Below the pieces are notes generated by a model. That model was given only the letters and a program-made list of their open reading frames with translations, ran no database searches and was not told where the DNA came from. The translations under genes were made by a program, and so were the position numbers. A DNA stretch of 64,000 nt from Mytilus californianus (lineage: Eukaryota): the NCBI RefSeq assembly GCF_021869535.1, contig NW_026262712.1, positions 87,792,001 to 87,856,000 of the forward strand. Direction: 5' to 3'. Positions 50,541 to 64,000 of this stretch are shown here, piece by piece (the first letter of the stretch is position 1; each line of letters starts with the position of its first letter).

Positions 50541-52396
50541 ATCTTTCGGGTAGAAATTAATTCATTTTGGTTAACGACGTCCTTGAATGCAAAATTTTAC
50601 AAAAAAAAAACATTTAAAACTTGCAAATTAGTATTATTATGACTTAAACAGCACGATGTAGCACTGAATAGACTTATATAGAAATTATGGAAACATGAAA
50701 ATATAGATTCTTTCCAATTCAATTTCCAATAGAATTTGACAACTTTCAGATTTTGACCTCGTGATCCAAACAAATACACGGGAAAATGTATCGACCTCTT
50801 TTAAACGCAAATCTTGTTGTTTGCCGATCACAAGTATTTGTTTAAGTTATAAAACTCTTAATTCTTTCAAAATTTAATTTATTGTAATTTTAAATGAACA
50901 GAGTGATAATAAAAATAAAAATAAAATTGAGAATGTCTTCCCAAGCACCTTGATTACTTAGGAATTGCAATAAATAATGTCAATTTATGCCATTGTGGTA
51001 GTGGGATATCTAGAATTTTCAAATAGGACACCATATATCTAAATTAAAATATTATTGCACGAGCAATCTACTATTATTAATATTCTAAGAACATCTGGTT
51101 AATTTGAAAAAAGGTCTCTTACGGTGTATAAATAAATAGTTGAAACGTTATAAGGTTCTTTGTTATTTATTACTACAGTATATAAAAGTAAACTCACTTA
51201 TGGAGCGAGTTCAATGGTTACATGGAACTTAGCATAAATACAAATAACAAAGCTACATCGGCCAGAGCCGTTGTCAGTAAAGTACGTAATCTTGTCAAGA
51301 AAACTATAAAGCCGAATCTTGAAATATAATATCAATATATATGGGTTTAAACACACTTCAAATACGTATTTATGCACAGCTCAGTGTCCAAGGTAAATTT
51401 ATCCGACAAGTACAAAAGAAAACTCAACTCTGTTTATGTACGAGTAGCTCATTGTTGAAGACCGTAAGGTGACCTATAGTTGCTAACTTCTATGTCATTT
51501 GATCTCTGGTGGAAAGCTCTAATTGGCAATCATACCATGTCTTGTTATTTTTATATTAACCGCATTTACAGTAATTAGTAAGCAATCAAAACAGAAGTTC
51601 AACTTCACCAAGGATTTGTAGTAAGACTGTAGTAAGACTATACTAATCCTTTATTTCACCCACCGTGAATATGTATAGTAAGACTATACAAATCCTTGAT
51701 TTCACCCATCGTGAATATGTATGAGTAAAATTACTCAATACGTAAAGGATAAAAAGCCTTTTAGTAAAAATTATTTGAAAGAGTGAAATAAATAAACTAA
51801 GTTTTCATATGAATTACAATTTCCAAAGAACATACCTATATATATAATCTGTATAAACTACACAATCACTCTGTAATAATAACCTGACGACGTGCTTACA
51901 CCCCGCCGTGTTCAATATAGTGGGAAAATGCAAGCCTCTACAACCGATATTTTATGAGGTATAAAAAATGTGATGCATGTAATACCAGCGGATTTTACAC
52001 GTATACTTTTTGATGTGACGTAGAGATCTGTACAATAAAAATAAATATTTCCTACACTCGCATGCATCATTATATAAACCATGGTGTCGTTAAATGTAAG
52101 TGGATATCCTGCATTTCTATCTAAAATATCATTTTGCTCAAATATCACGACTTCTATATTGCATAAACCATATTATCATGGAATAAATTGGATATACCTT
52201 TCGGACTAACGCCTGCATGAGTATATCTCATATGTCTATTATTCTCTAATCTTTCTCTCGTAAATATACGCATATATTATTGTACATGTACCAACAAAAC
52301 ATATGTAGATTAAATATAGCTTGTGACAAAATCAAAGAATTCTTCATGTGTTACGATATTTGTACAGATATTCTTGACTTTCAAATACTTTGCTTT

Positions 52397-52437
52397 GGGC
52401 GTTCCTGATGAAAAGAATCCATCTGAACGTTGGACGC
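52397..52437 (+). ncRNA. Heavily degenerate hammerhead motif (same subfamily as 4228-4268)
   Basis: GGGCGTTC-CTGATGA-...-GGACGC retains stem I and CUGAUGA but has lost GAAA. Confidence 0.5.
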
Positions 52438-52499
52438 ATACAATTTATAAAGTGTTATTTTCATTTTTTACAAGAACGAATATTATACACTTTGATGAT

Positions 52500-52700
52500 C
52501 CGGGGCCATGTCCACGAAGCTGTCTTAAGACTAGGAAGTGTCTTAGGATGGTTGAGGACACGTCTTAGTCCTAAGTCAGGTTAACGAAAGTCTCCTTAGA
52601 TAAGATATGTCCTAAATTTGGTCCTAAAATTAGGATATTTATATAGGTGTCTTATGAGGTCGCAGGATAGTCCTAAAAGATACGATGTCCTAAGTCGAAA
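52500..52700. mobile_element. Probable PIF/Harbinger-type MITE end
   Basis: GGGGCCATGTCCACGAAGC terminus followed by repeated TCCTAA/TTAGGA motifs. I did not find the second end. Confidence 0.35.
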
Positions 52701-52947
52701 TTAAAACAACAAATATGGCCTTCAATCAGTATTTGAAGAATTTAACTTTGTGTAGATACTATCCCATGCCTTCTCCAGAATATTATTCGTCGCCACATTT
52801 GATAGCTTACTGAAATATCCCCTATGCTTATTTACTTCGGCAAGCAGAATTTAATAATAATAATAATAATTTTCTTTATTTCAACAGGATAACATATTTA
52901 GTCGAAAGACAAGTTTACAATAAGGTCATGCATTATATATACACATA

Positions 52948-54317
52948 CAGGGGCGTAGCTGCCCTAAAATAAAGTGCAAGCAAAAGTCTTGTATCGCCGA
53001 GCGGAGCGAGGCGAAAAATATTTGGGGACCTTTTTATGCAGAAAATGATCATTTTTCGGTCATTTTCCAGGTATGCCATGCTTATGAAATTCACATTACT
53101 CCTTATTAACATGGTTGTTTTCAAATATAAAATAAATTTTATAAAACGGGAAGATCAGTCGACAAGTCAACCGAAGCGTTTATCAATAGAAGGGCAATCA
53201 ATGGACACATGACCAACCCGGGATCAGATAAGACACAAAAGAACAAACAAAAACATTCAATATTGAAAACTAAATACAGATAAAAAACACGAACCCCGAA
53301 AAAAAATGTGGCGACCTCCAGTGCTCCGGAAGGGTAAGCAGGTCCTGCTTCTTGCAAGACACCCGACCGTAGCGTTTCTCACTAAGGTCATTTTCGAATC
53401 AAAGGAGCCTGAGGTTTCTACGACAACGGTAGAAGGTCACTTGGGACACAGATACCCAAGGTGAATTAATAGTCTTTTGGACGAACGGACAATGGGAATA
53501 CGAAATCAAACGGCGACTTTTAAATCTTGACTTATAAGTGAGGGATATAAATCTTAGATGTTTTCAAGGTTATTGTATTGAGCCTGTATTATTAAATGTT
53601 AATACTCATGTAAGACTTAAAGTAAAGTTAATATCCAAAGTCCATATATCTATTTTTTGCCAAGGCAAAAGATCGCAGAACTCTCTCGGTGTCGATATTC
53701 ATTTCTCTGTGAACATGTATGAGCGCCAACGAAGATAGTCTGTCCTATACCATGGTTGAACGGAGATAAGTTTTCAGTCGCCGTAATGCACTAAATGACC
53801 GTTCAGTAGTTGATGTAGTTACTGGCATTGTAACTAAGATTGACACGATTGCAAACTATTGAAGGATATAGTTTCTTTTTAGTCACTGCTAGAGACGACA
53901 TCAGAGATTTGGCCTACTCTATAACATCTGGACCCGACCAGCGTCTCTGCCATCTCTTTACCTCAGAGTTGAAGGTTTCTTGATTGTCCGTCAAGTCGTG
54001 TCTAAATGTTTCGTATATTTTGTCTATACACTCTGCTGTCAAAGATTTCAAACGTGCAGGTATTTAATTGAAATTAAGGTTCTGGCCTTGAAAACGATCA
54101 GAACTATCCAGTAAACGTCCTGTGAGTTCTTCAATGAAATAGTCAACAAAGGAGAAATACAAGGCTCGCTTCCAATATTGACTTGGAGTGTCAGCTGGAT
54201 AGTTAGCCCGGTTGACCTGTCTTCCTACTCATTCGTAATTTAATTTCAGAATTATTTTTTTTTGTGAAAAAAATGTGCAAGCAAATGATTTTTTGCGTAA
54301 AGGCAGCTACGCGCCTG
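52948..54317 (-). mobile_element. Internally deleted hAT transposon with C-terminal transposase remnant (53635-54235) and a nested M3 repeat (53130-53375)
   Basis: TIRs CAGGGGCGTAGCTGCC / GGCAGCTACGCGCCTG with ACATA on both flanks. - strand encodes GRQVNRANYPADTPSQYWKRALYFSFVDYFIEEL..EVKRWQRRW..ERSFSALRRLKTYLRSTM..RLSSLALIHVH (hAT dimerisation domain). Confidence 0.88.
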
Positions 54318-55039
54318 ACATATTACAGCATAAAGTATAAAATTCAATAATAAAAATACTAATAGAAATATTAACTATTTATACTTTTATTAGAATTAAA
54401 CAAAATTGTCTTCTATATATGTTTTTTTGAAAGTTTCAATTGTGTTACATTGTTTTAAATTTGTAGACAAATTGTTCCATAAAATACTTCCAGATATCAA
54501 CAGATACGTTTATCGTATTTAATTTTATATTTTAACAAAAAGCTACAGTTTTTTGTCTGGCTGTTCTAGAACTAATGTACACATCTAAATACATTGAGAC
54601 ATTTCCCTGCATTAGTCATTTTGATGAAGTACTTTAAGAACTGAAATTGCTTTTCTATATACAAAATAATCTGAAATGGGCATCCATCGCAGCTCTCCAA
54701 AAGTATGTTTGACGATGTCATACATGTATAATATTAATTATTACGCTCATTTAAAATAATTCGTGCTACCCTTTTTTGAAGCTTAGAAATCCTATCAATA
54801 TTAGCAACATTTTTGCACCTGACCAAATGGTACAACAATAATTGAAATGTGGAAAATATTTGAACTTCGGTTTCAGACAAAAATGGACTTTTTTTCTTAC
54901 TAAGGCTTCAAAAAGTAGCCCTTCCCTGACAAAAAATAGTGCTTTTGATGTCATTGTTTACCTAAAGTAACAAACAAATTTGCAGAAATGACACATTTGG
55001 TGAAAGAGAAATATATATAGACCATTTTGAGTCAAAATC

Positions 55040-57310
55040 TATTTGTCCATGATTTTGCATTAAAAATTGAGGATATATACGCTCCATAGTATAAAGTAAA
55101 ATAACAAAAATACCGAACTCCAAGGAAAATTCAAAACGGAAAGTCCTTTATCAAATGGCAAAATCAAAAGCTCAAACACATCAAACGCATGGAAATCAAC
55201 TGTCATATGTAGAAATGGTGAATTAAACCTGGTTTTATAGCTAGTCAAACCTCTCACTTGTCTGACAGTCATATAGAATTCCATTATATTGACAATCATG
55301 TTTGAGCAGAACAAATAGACATAATAGGTCAAAAAGACAAAAATTGTACAGCAGTCAACATTGTGTTAAAATCTTAATCACTATAAAAACAAATAACTAA
55401 CGTACTTCAACTAAGAAAACCAAAATGGCGTATAGACACTCTATAGACAAAGTACATAAGGAAAAATGAAAGACAAGAATACAAAAATGACCATAGCACA
55501 AGAACACAAGAGCGGGATGTATAAATACCTAGCCACGCCAAAAGTATATTACCAAAAATGGACTAAACAGTAAATGTTAAAAATATATAAAGACAAATAA
55601 AAAACCCATTATAACACGTAATTAAGATAGATGATAAACAACGTCAGTACCTAGAATCTACGCATCAAGACCATCATGTATTATGTGTGAAGTTGATACG
55701 GAATATTTATCAACAAGGTCTTGGTATCTTCCGATGAACTTTTTTAGAAAAAGGACGAGACGTTCTTTGACATAATCCTGGTTCATCAACTTTCTGCTCA
55801 GACACTGGTGATGTTTTATAAAGTCTAAGTAGCTCTTGAATACCAAATGAGTTGGGAAATGTATATCCCATATGCAGGTAAAGTTGGTATATTGCTACTA
55901 AGGTGGAGGACATTTATAATTTCAAAATTAAAATCGTCTCGGTTGTCATAGATTCTGGTACTGAGATGACCACTTATGTCAAATTCGAGATATAAGTCTA
56001 AAAATGAGGCGGTGGAAGCCGTGTCTGTTGTTTCTTTAAGTTCTAGTTCTGGAGAATATATTAATGGAACCCAATCGGAAAAGATTGGATTGTTAATGGA
56101 AAGAACATTATCAATATATCTGAATGTGAAATTAAATGATCTGGCTTCTCTGATCTTTTTGTTTTTGATAAGTGTCTGAAGAAACTCCGACTCGTATGAA
56201 AATAAGATGTCGGCAAGGAGAGGCGCACAGTTCGTTCCCATAGGAATGCCGACAATTTGTTGAAAAAGTCTACCTCTAAATTCAACAAATATCATGTCAA
56301 TAAGAGACTCCAGCATACTGATCACGTGTTCCTCTGTGTAGCATGCTTTACCTTTTTGTTCACTATTTACAAAATATGCCGTAGTGGATCCCAAAGCAAC
56401 AAATTTATAGCGTATGCTACCATTTTATATTGAAAAGCATTGTGATTATTTCTTTTAGACGATTTTTCAATTTAAAATGGGGGAATGGTAGTATTTAGGG
56501 TTGAAAAATCAAAAGTACTGATAGAATTAATTTCAGAGAAAGATCGAGATTTAAAATTATCCAGAAGTTCTTTACAGTTTTTTAGAATCCACATATGGTT
56601 AATAACACTACGCGAGTAAACAGTTTCACAGTATTTCTGAAGACTATCTTCACTGCGGACACATTTTTGTCATCTAATGGACAATTCCTTTGTAGAACAT
56701 GCAGATGATCCAGCAATGTACCGTTGTTTGTACGAAATTTTGTGAGGCTTGGGTATCCAATACAAACAAGGTAAGTCCTCAGATTTGCTGTTCAATGTAA
56801 TGTTCATTGAAGCCATAAAGTACTTATGATTAGCCAACATCTCATCCTTGTAAAATGATATGTTTTTGTATGTGGGATTACCTGAGTGCTCATTTATTCC
56901 TAATTCTTTTACAAGACACTCGTAGTAGTCCGATTTCATACAAAAACAATGTTATTTGAATCTTTCAGGAACAACATATTTATCGTAGAGATGTTAGACA
57001 TTTCACGGCTTCTTTGTCTCTAAAAACGTTTGGTCGATCATTCACGACGTTTTATCAGATAGCTGATTGTTTTGACCCATTCTGACAAAGTGTCCAGTTC
57101 AATTTCTTCTGGTTTAGCACATTCTCTGGCGTAGTCCTCAATGAAATCCATTATTATTTTGAAGTTAAGGTTCCAACTGATGTGTTTGGGTTATAAGAGT
57201 ATAGTTATTTAAGATTTCCAGAAACCCAGGGGTTATTTTTAGTAGCACTTGACTTCCGAACGGTGGTATTTCACTCCAAGGTTTAAACATTGGTTGAAAA
57301 TTAGCATATA
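55040..57310 (-). mobile_element. Penelope-like retroelement (Naiad-type RT), 5'-truncated and decayed, with 3' tail
   Basis: Fragments ..LSEWVKTI.., LPCLYWIPKPHK..RYIAGSSACST, CETVYSR..MWILKN, QQIVGIPMGTNCAPLLAD, FTFRYIDNVLSINN (catalytic D->N) and YGIYISQL..KFIGRYQDLVDKY. Multiple stops and frameshifts; no endonuclease part visible. Confidence 0.88.
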
Positions 57311-58789
57311 GAAAGGTGATACATGTACAATTCAGAATATACCTAGTTTCTCTGAAGTTAAACTAAAGGTAAAATATTTAGAAAGCTGTGAAAATTGAAA
57401 AAATTGGTTTGATTATATAGGGGTTTTGAATTCGTGGTCTAACACCTTCAGAGTCACTCAATTAGCTAGTTAATGTTATCCATAGTCACACTTACCTAAG
57501 ACCTAAGACATTACTTTCTTCATAAAACATGGACTGATTCATTTCCAAAACAACAATCATGAAAAATTAGTACAAGAAGACTTTCCACAACTTCTTGTTC
57601 TATCGTTTAGAAAATCCCAGGATCCACATTAAATAATGCAAATACTGATCGACAAAAATCTAATGCTATACATTCAGTGACATCAATTAGGCAAATATGT
57701 AATTTGCTAAAGATAAACACCTCCGTAAAGATGAAAATGGAAACAAAGCTGATAAACTTTAAAGACCTCAACTAGGATTACAAAATCTGTATATTCAAAT
57801 TTGAGAGTAGCAACTTATAGCCTATAATAAGCAATTTTCAGACTGAGAAAAAATCTATGCAGAATATTCCACAACTATTGCAACTATTAGTGTTTAAATA
57901 ATTCAACCAAACATGTTACAGCACTTTGGGAAAGAGGGTTATAATTATATCCCAACTAACAATACAGAAAAAGGGAACAATTTCCTTCTTCGGGATCCAG
58001 AAACTCTTTAAGGGTGTTATTAAAAATGAACGAGAAACTTTGGAAGACACTAGAAATCAAATGACATTAATAGAATCTTAATTATGATTATAATGAACAT
58101 GTCTTTGACTTCACACGTAAAAGAATTGAAGTAAAGAATGGACAAATTGCTGAGGTTACGTCTTCTTTGACCTGTATCAAGGCGAAACTTGATAGATTTC
58201 CAGGATAAAATACTCAGACTTAGGTCCCAAATGTCAACTTTCCAATACGCTAAAAGAGTTTCCCATGTATAAAAATCCGAAGTGGATAGAGACAATTTTT
58301 CAAAAAAACAGTCGATTGTGGTAGGTGTAAATATACGTAGATCTTTTTTGTGCATAAGCATAAATTCCACTGATGAAAATTCCACAGAAAGACAAACGAT
58401 TGATCTTTTTAAAGCATTGATTTGTATCGCTACCCCGGCGACAATTTTTTTGGGAAAAAATCCTAAAAATGGACAATTATAATTCATCGAAAAGGGAAAG
58501 TCGAGCACACCGTTTCATGTTCTGGCGTGTTTGAGTTGACTATTTTGTCTTAAAAACGTATAAAGCAAAAATATTTGGTACATCATCTCGCTTCAGATTC
58601 TATTATTTTTTATATATTTAGGCTGCAGATTGATATAATAACATTAAGAACTCACAGTACTAATAAATGAATAACAAATTTTTACTGAAAACCCTTGACG
58701 ACAGACTATACAAGTGGATCTTAAAAATGCATAACCTCCAATAAATGGATTGTGTGTATTACATAGGGTAATTCGTCTTCAACCTCTGA

Positions 58790-59915
58790 AAATTTTTAGT
58801 GTACCCTTCCACGAAATATTGGTGGCGTAATGGGGAGATAATTTTGACGAAGGAGAATGCTGACTGTATGGTATCTTCAGCAGTATCTAAATGGTTACAA
58901 TGTAAACGCATAATCTTATTTATAACACCAAGAAGCGTCAGTGTGGCATTTGTTACCAGTGGTCAGATTATTAAGTATTAAAGACATCGCATTCTCCTCT
59001 GATTATTCAGCAAAACGACCTCTAGCTTTTCTGAGGAATCATCAGATAATCAAAACGTTAAAGAACAACTGGATAGGCGCACAAAACAACGCACACTTTG
59101 TGAACCGGATGGTCTAGTCGAGCAGATCTAGATTTTATGTTTACTTTTCTTAATGGACTTTCTGTTGTATGAATCAGATCATGATTTGAGATTTTGAAGT
59201 ATGACAGAGACGATAAAGCAGCTCAATATAGAGACGCAATTTTGAAATTCAATTTTATGATAGCATTGGCGGTAGCTGAACATCTCATGAGTGTTACAGT
59301 TAAGTTCACAAATCATTTTTAAAAAACTTGATATTTACTTGTAAGAAGCTGTGCAGAAAGCTCAAATAGTAGTTCGAATGTAAGATAGTGCAATAAATGC
59401 ATGGACAGCCCTTTTTGAAAAAAGCAGTAAAAGTTGGCGATAAAGCCTGGATACCTCAAAGCATTCACAGGCGTGCTTGACGTCAGATACACCGAATGAA
59501 TCATTCAATTTATGTTCCTTTCGAACAGTAGATTCGGTGATGAGTATCTTATTCCTTGAAAGCTCCAAACCTTAACTCAGACTAACAACTCAATCTTCGA
59601 AACCAACTTTCCGTGCAGATTTTTGGTAAAGACAAGCCGTTTTTGATGATGTTGCATGATGGAAAATAAGATGGAACATGGTAGACGGCTAGAGACCATA
59701 GAAACTATATATTAGAGACCAAATGCAACGAATAAGGATTTATATCCGAACATTTATTACTTCTATTTTAACAGTTCTGCTTACAATGCCTGTCTCTTTG
59801 GCGTCTAGTGAGCGCTCATTCAGTACAATGCGTTATATCAAAAGCTATTTAAGAGCTACTATGAGAGACGAAAGGCTATCTTACATATCAATTTTGTACA
59901 TTCACAGAACAAGAC
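58790..59915 (+). pseudogene. Degenerate hAT transposase remnant
   Basis: TL*TGWSSRAD (cf. LCxTRW..R), FMIALAVAEHLMSVT, SDTPNE and LLTMPVSLASSERSFSTMRYIKSYLRATMRDERLSYISILYIHR. Confidence 0.75.
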
Positions 59916-61569
59916 GCGTAAATTACTTTATTACTTTTACATTTTAATGATTCATTTTATGTTTTTAAATTGGCCTAATTCGCATATTATGTAAATGTTG
60001 AAAATCATTTTTGAACATTCATCCATCAGTCTTTAATATTCTGTGAAAATTTACTGGTAATTTATTATGTCAAAAAAACCCATCTTTTCATTAAAATGTT
60101 TTTATGGAATGTAAGGGTTCGTTAATTTAAAATATATTGTTAAAACGCATGATCCTCTTGTATTCATATTGAAATATATAGGATCTTCCTTCAGTGGAAA
60201 CACATACAAGTTCTGCCATAAATACGATAAATCAACAGTTTTATTTAAACATGTAAAAGTCAAATTGTTAAAATCTTGAATAATACTTACCCTAATCATC
60301 AATGAGTTTAACTTCTAAAGTATTATTTTGATTTCATCAAATTTCTGTATTATTGTTAGTTGTTGGCTTGTACCAAACGAATGATTACCATTACATTCTA
60401 GATTGCAGTGAAAGAGATGAAAAACGTTTTTATTTTGACTGTTGAGATATAAATGCTAGAGTATCTCAAATACAGCCGACTACATTCATAACTATTCCAA
60501 TAAGCACTGATTATATTATACGCCCAGAACTAATGATATATGTCAGATTCCATGGGAAAGGACTTATTAGACTTATGTACAAATGTATAAGTATTCAAAT
60601 AAGAATTCTGAATGGCTAAGTGCTGGGTGATATGTTTGGTAACTATACATGTCTTACACCGTTCATATGCTTGTTCTGCAGAAATTATACTGAACCAATA
60701 CTGTATTTTAAATTTTCAGATGTTTTACTTTCCTTTTCAGATAATAGTTGTAAAATAGATGGATAATAACTAGCTACAGACGAGTAAGAAAGTGTAAGAC
60801 AACATTAAACATCCAATATAACCTGATCTTATATGGGTTGATTAATAAGGTACTCACTGTCTAATGGTACTGGGATCTGTTGACATCCAAAATCGTCTAT
60901 AAGAGTTCCATACAAATGTAGTTAGACAAAACAAGACTCACAAATCTTCACTGAAGACACACGCAAAGAGTTAAGTAATAGTATTCCTCAGCTGCACCCC
61001 GGCCTTAAAAGAAAAAAGGATACATGTATATAGTAAGAATCATAAAAAGTACAAAAGAAGTCCTAGAACTCAAAAAGATGAGAACAAATCTATTTAATAA
61101 TGGTAAACTATATGAAAAGTATTCAAAAAAAAACCCAAACTTTTCAAAGATCTTTTTTATTTAACAAACTCGAGACAACATAAGGCAAGGTAACACACAT
61201 ATCGCAATAAAATCTTAGCTACATCAATTAGAAAACGTTAAACGCAGTAAACTCAAAATTACACTGGAACCTTATAAATGACTTTTGAACATTGGTTCAA
61301 CATTTCTGTTGCCTTAATTTAATCAATTAAAAAAAAACTACTAAAAATTGTTCTGCAATAAAGAGGCATGATATTGGCATTGCACAAGGTCATATGTTCC
61401 GCAAACATTGCTATGGAGTTTTTATACTTAATCCATTGGAGGTATATACTAACTGATATTTTAGTCTAAGAAAACATGAAAATTATGCAATTAGGTAAAA
61501 TTGCAAGGGCGTTTAAGTAAGTTACTTAAGTACATTTAACTAAGTACTTTAATTTAATTTGATTTAAAT

Positions 61570-61845
61570 AAGCCAGGAGTCTGTAAATCAGTGGTTGTCG
61601 TTTGTTGCTGTATATTATATTTGTTTTTCGTTCGTTATTTTGTACATAAATGAGGCCGTGAGTTTTCTCGTTTAAATTGTTTTACATTTGTTATTTCGGG
61701 GCCTCTTATAGATGACTATGCGGTATGGGGTTTGCTCATTGTTGAAGGCCGTACGGTGATCTACAGTTGTTAACTTATATGTCACTTGGTCTCTGGTGGA
61801 GAGTTGTCCCATTGGCAATTATACCACATCTTCTTATTTTTATAC
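61570..61845 (+). mobile_element. M1-family copy
   Basis: AGCCAGGAGTCTGTAAATCAGTGGTTGTCGTTTG...GAGAGTTGTCCCATTGGCAATTATACCACATCTTC. Confidence 0.85.
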
Positions 61846-62129
61846 TTTGGTCATTTTGTCAGCGTTTTTTTTTGTAGTCAAAATCGTACTTTCCAGTGTG
61901 TGCTAATCATATACTAATAATAACCAAAATGGGCAATAAAAGAATGAATTTTGAAGAAAAGAATCCCCGTGGACAAACAATTAAAAAAACTTGACAATGA
62001 CCGATAAAGTTCTTGTAGCGGCAATAAGATATATATATAGGGAACGGGAAAATCTTTTATTTTATGTGTCCTTTTATAGTATTTATATGTTATCTCGTGT
62101 GCATGTCTGTTCTTGTTAAATATTTCATT

Positions 62130-63895
62130 TTTATATTTAGCCGATGGGGCGTCGTCGTCGTCGTCCGAAGACACATTAGTTTTCGCACTCTAACTTTAGT
62201 TTAAGTGAATGGATCTCAATGAAATTTTACATAAGGTTCAATACCACAAAAGGAAGGTGGGGATTGATTTCAGGGGTTATGGTACCAACAGTTAAGGAAT
62301 TAGGGGCCAAAAAGGGGCCAAAAATAAGCGTTTTTGTAACTTCCAGACATAACTTGTGTGTAAGTGTATGGATCTCTCTGACATTGTACCATAAGGTTCC
62401 ATATCACAAAGGGAATGCTGGGATTGATTTTGGGGGTAATTGTCTCCAAATTTTAGGAATTAGTGGCCAAAAAGGGGCAAAAAACAAGCATTTTTCTAGT
62501 TTCATGACAATAACTTGTGTGTAAGTGTATGGATCCCTCTGACATTGTATCACAAGGTTCCATATTACAAATGGAATGCTGGGATTGATTTTGGGGGTAA
62601 TTGCCTCCAAATTTTAGGAATTAGGGGCCAAAAAGGGGCAAAAAACAAGCATTTTTCTAGTTTCATGACAATAACTTGTGTGTAAGTGTATGGATCTTTA
62701 TGAAATTGTACTACAAGGTTCCATATCACAAAGGGAAAACTGGAATTGAGTTTGGGGGTAATTGACCAAAAAGCTTAGGAAGAAGGGGGCAAAAAGGGGC
62801 AAAAAACAAGCATTTTTCTAGTTTCCAGACAATAACTTGTGTTCAAGTGTATGGATCTCTCTGAAATTGTACTGCAAGGTACCATACCACAAAGGAAAGT
62901 CTGGGATTGATTTTGGGGGTAATTCCCTCAAAATTTTAGGAATTAGGGGCCATAAAAGGGCAAAAAAACAAGCATTTTTCTAGTTTCAGGACAATAACTT
63001 GTGTGTAAGTGTATGGATCTTTATGAAATTGTACTGCAAGGTTCCATATCACAAAGGGATAGCTGGGTTTGAGTTTGGGGATACCGTAATTGTCCTAAAC
63101 GTTTAGAAATTTGGGGCCAAAAAGGGGCCAGAAAACAAGCATTTTTCTAGTTTCATGACAATAACTTGTGTGTAAGTGTATGGATCTTTATGAAATTGTA
63201 CTACAAGGTTCCATATCACAAAGGGAAAGCTGGAATTGAGTTTGGGGGTAATCGACCAAAAAGCTTAGAAAGAAGGGGCCAAAAAGGGGCCAAAAATAAG
63301 CATTTTTCTAGTTTCCAGACAATAATTTGTGTTCAAGTGTATGGATCTCTCTGAAATTGTACTGCAAGGTTCCATATCACAAAGGGAAAGCTGGGTTTGA
63401 GTTTGGGGGTAATTGCCCTAAACGTTTAGGAATTTGGGGCCAAAAAAACAAGCATTTTTCTAGTTTCCAGACAATAACTTGTGTTCAAGTGTATGGATCT
63501 CTCTGCAATTGTACTGCAAGGTACCATACCACAAAGGGAAGGCTGGGATTGAGTTTGGGGGTGATGAATCATAAGGGGGTTCAAAAAATTTGGGGGAAAT
63601 TTTTTTTTCTTTTTTTTCTTTCAAATTTTCCATTTTAAATTGGTATTTTCTGATTTATATATAAAAGCAAATAATAATGATATGGTTTGAATAGGTAAAT
63701 TAAAATTTTTTAAGTTCTTAGACCACTTTCATTCTGTGTCAGAAACCTATGTTGTGTCAAATATTTAATTACAATCCAAATTAAAGTGATGTATCAAGCT
63801 TGAATGCTGTGTCCATACTTGCCCCAACTGTTCAGGGTTCGACCTCTGCGGTCGTATCAAGCTGCGCCCCAGCGGAGCATTTTATTTTTCCTTGT
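62130..63895. mobile_element. Helentron-type non-autonomous element carrying a ~161-bp tandem array (~9 units)
   Basis: A (GTC)n microsatellite near 62150 precedes units with period 161 (GTAAGTGTATGGATC at 62360, 62521, 62682..., including 167- and 152-bp variants), then a unique 3' module to about 63890. Confidence 0.75.
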
Positions 63896-64000
63896 AGTGA
63901 TAATTAATTTAGATATTTAATATTTCATCAGTGTTAACAAATCGACGCACTAAATAAATATAACATCATTTGATTTTCCCAAATTCAAAGATGGAAATAA

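Noticed and set aside
55658-57310. Selenocysteine (UGA) recoding, reported for some bivalve Naiads
   Set aside because: The Cys positions I could read are ordinary TGT/TGC codons, and the copy has frameshifts and a YIDN catalytic mutation, so its stops look like decay.
58050-58508. 152-aa - strand ORF
   Set aside because: No recognisable motif. It may be antisense to a decayed N-terminal part of the + strand hAT remnant, which I could not confirm.
60738-60783. Small exon-like segment with good acceptor and GTAAGA donor
   Set aside because: All three frames contain stops. It could be a UTR exon, but nothing else in the window supports it.
60930-61130. Possible LINE ORF1 C-terminal remnant (IFTEDTRKEL..LHPGLK..)
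   Set aside because: Similarity is too weak and fragmented to support without a profile search.

Overview
AT-rich, repeat-dense eukaryotic genomic DNA. The repeat families look like those of a bivalve mollusc, most likely a Mytilus mussel; this is recalled from known families, not from a search. Two protein-coding genes are supported. (1) A + strand gene with three coding exons (15950-15962, 16435-17141, 22715-22882) whose splice phases match. It encodes a ~295-aa, mostly low-complexity protein with one C-terminal transmembrane helix and no domain I recognise. (2) A - strand MGAT4C-like (GT54) N-acetylglucosaminyltransferase with an intact catalytic + lectin exon at 35720-36885 and a candidate signal-anchor exon near 37931-38036. 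The rest is a layered mobile-element landscape: two Penelope-like (Naiad-type) RT remnants and many non-coding relatives, hammerhead-ribozyme (retrozyme) relics, tRNA-head SINEs, two LINE 3' fragments, two hAT transposase remnants plus MITEs with 5-bp TSDs, Helentron-type non-autonomous elements with internal tandem arrays, and several satellites. The most interesting signals are a 12 x 80-bp array made only of a SINE Pol III head, a ~30 x 79-bp satellite seeded from half of a hammerhead motif, a two-ribozyme retrozyme unit, and a satellite evolving in place (98=2x49 -> 40 -> 41 bp). No prokaryote-type system (CRISPR, operon) is present. Repeat boundaries are approximate (about +/-20 bp) unless a TSD is quoted.
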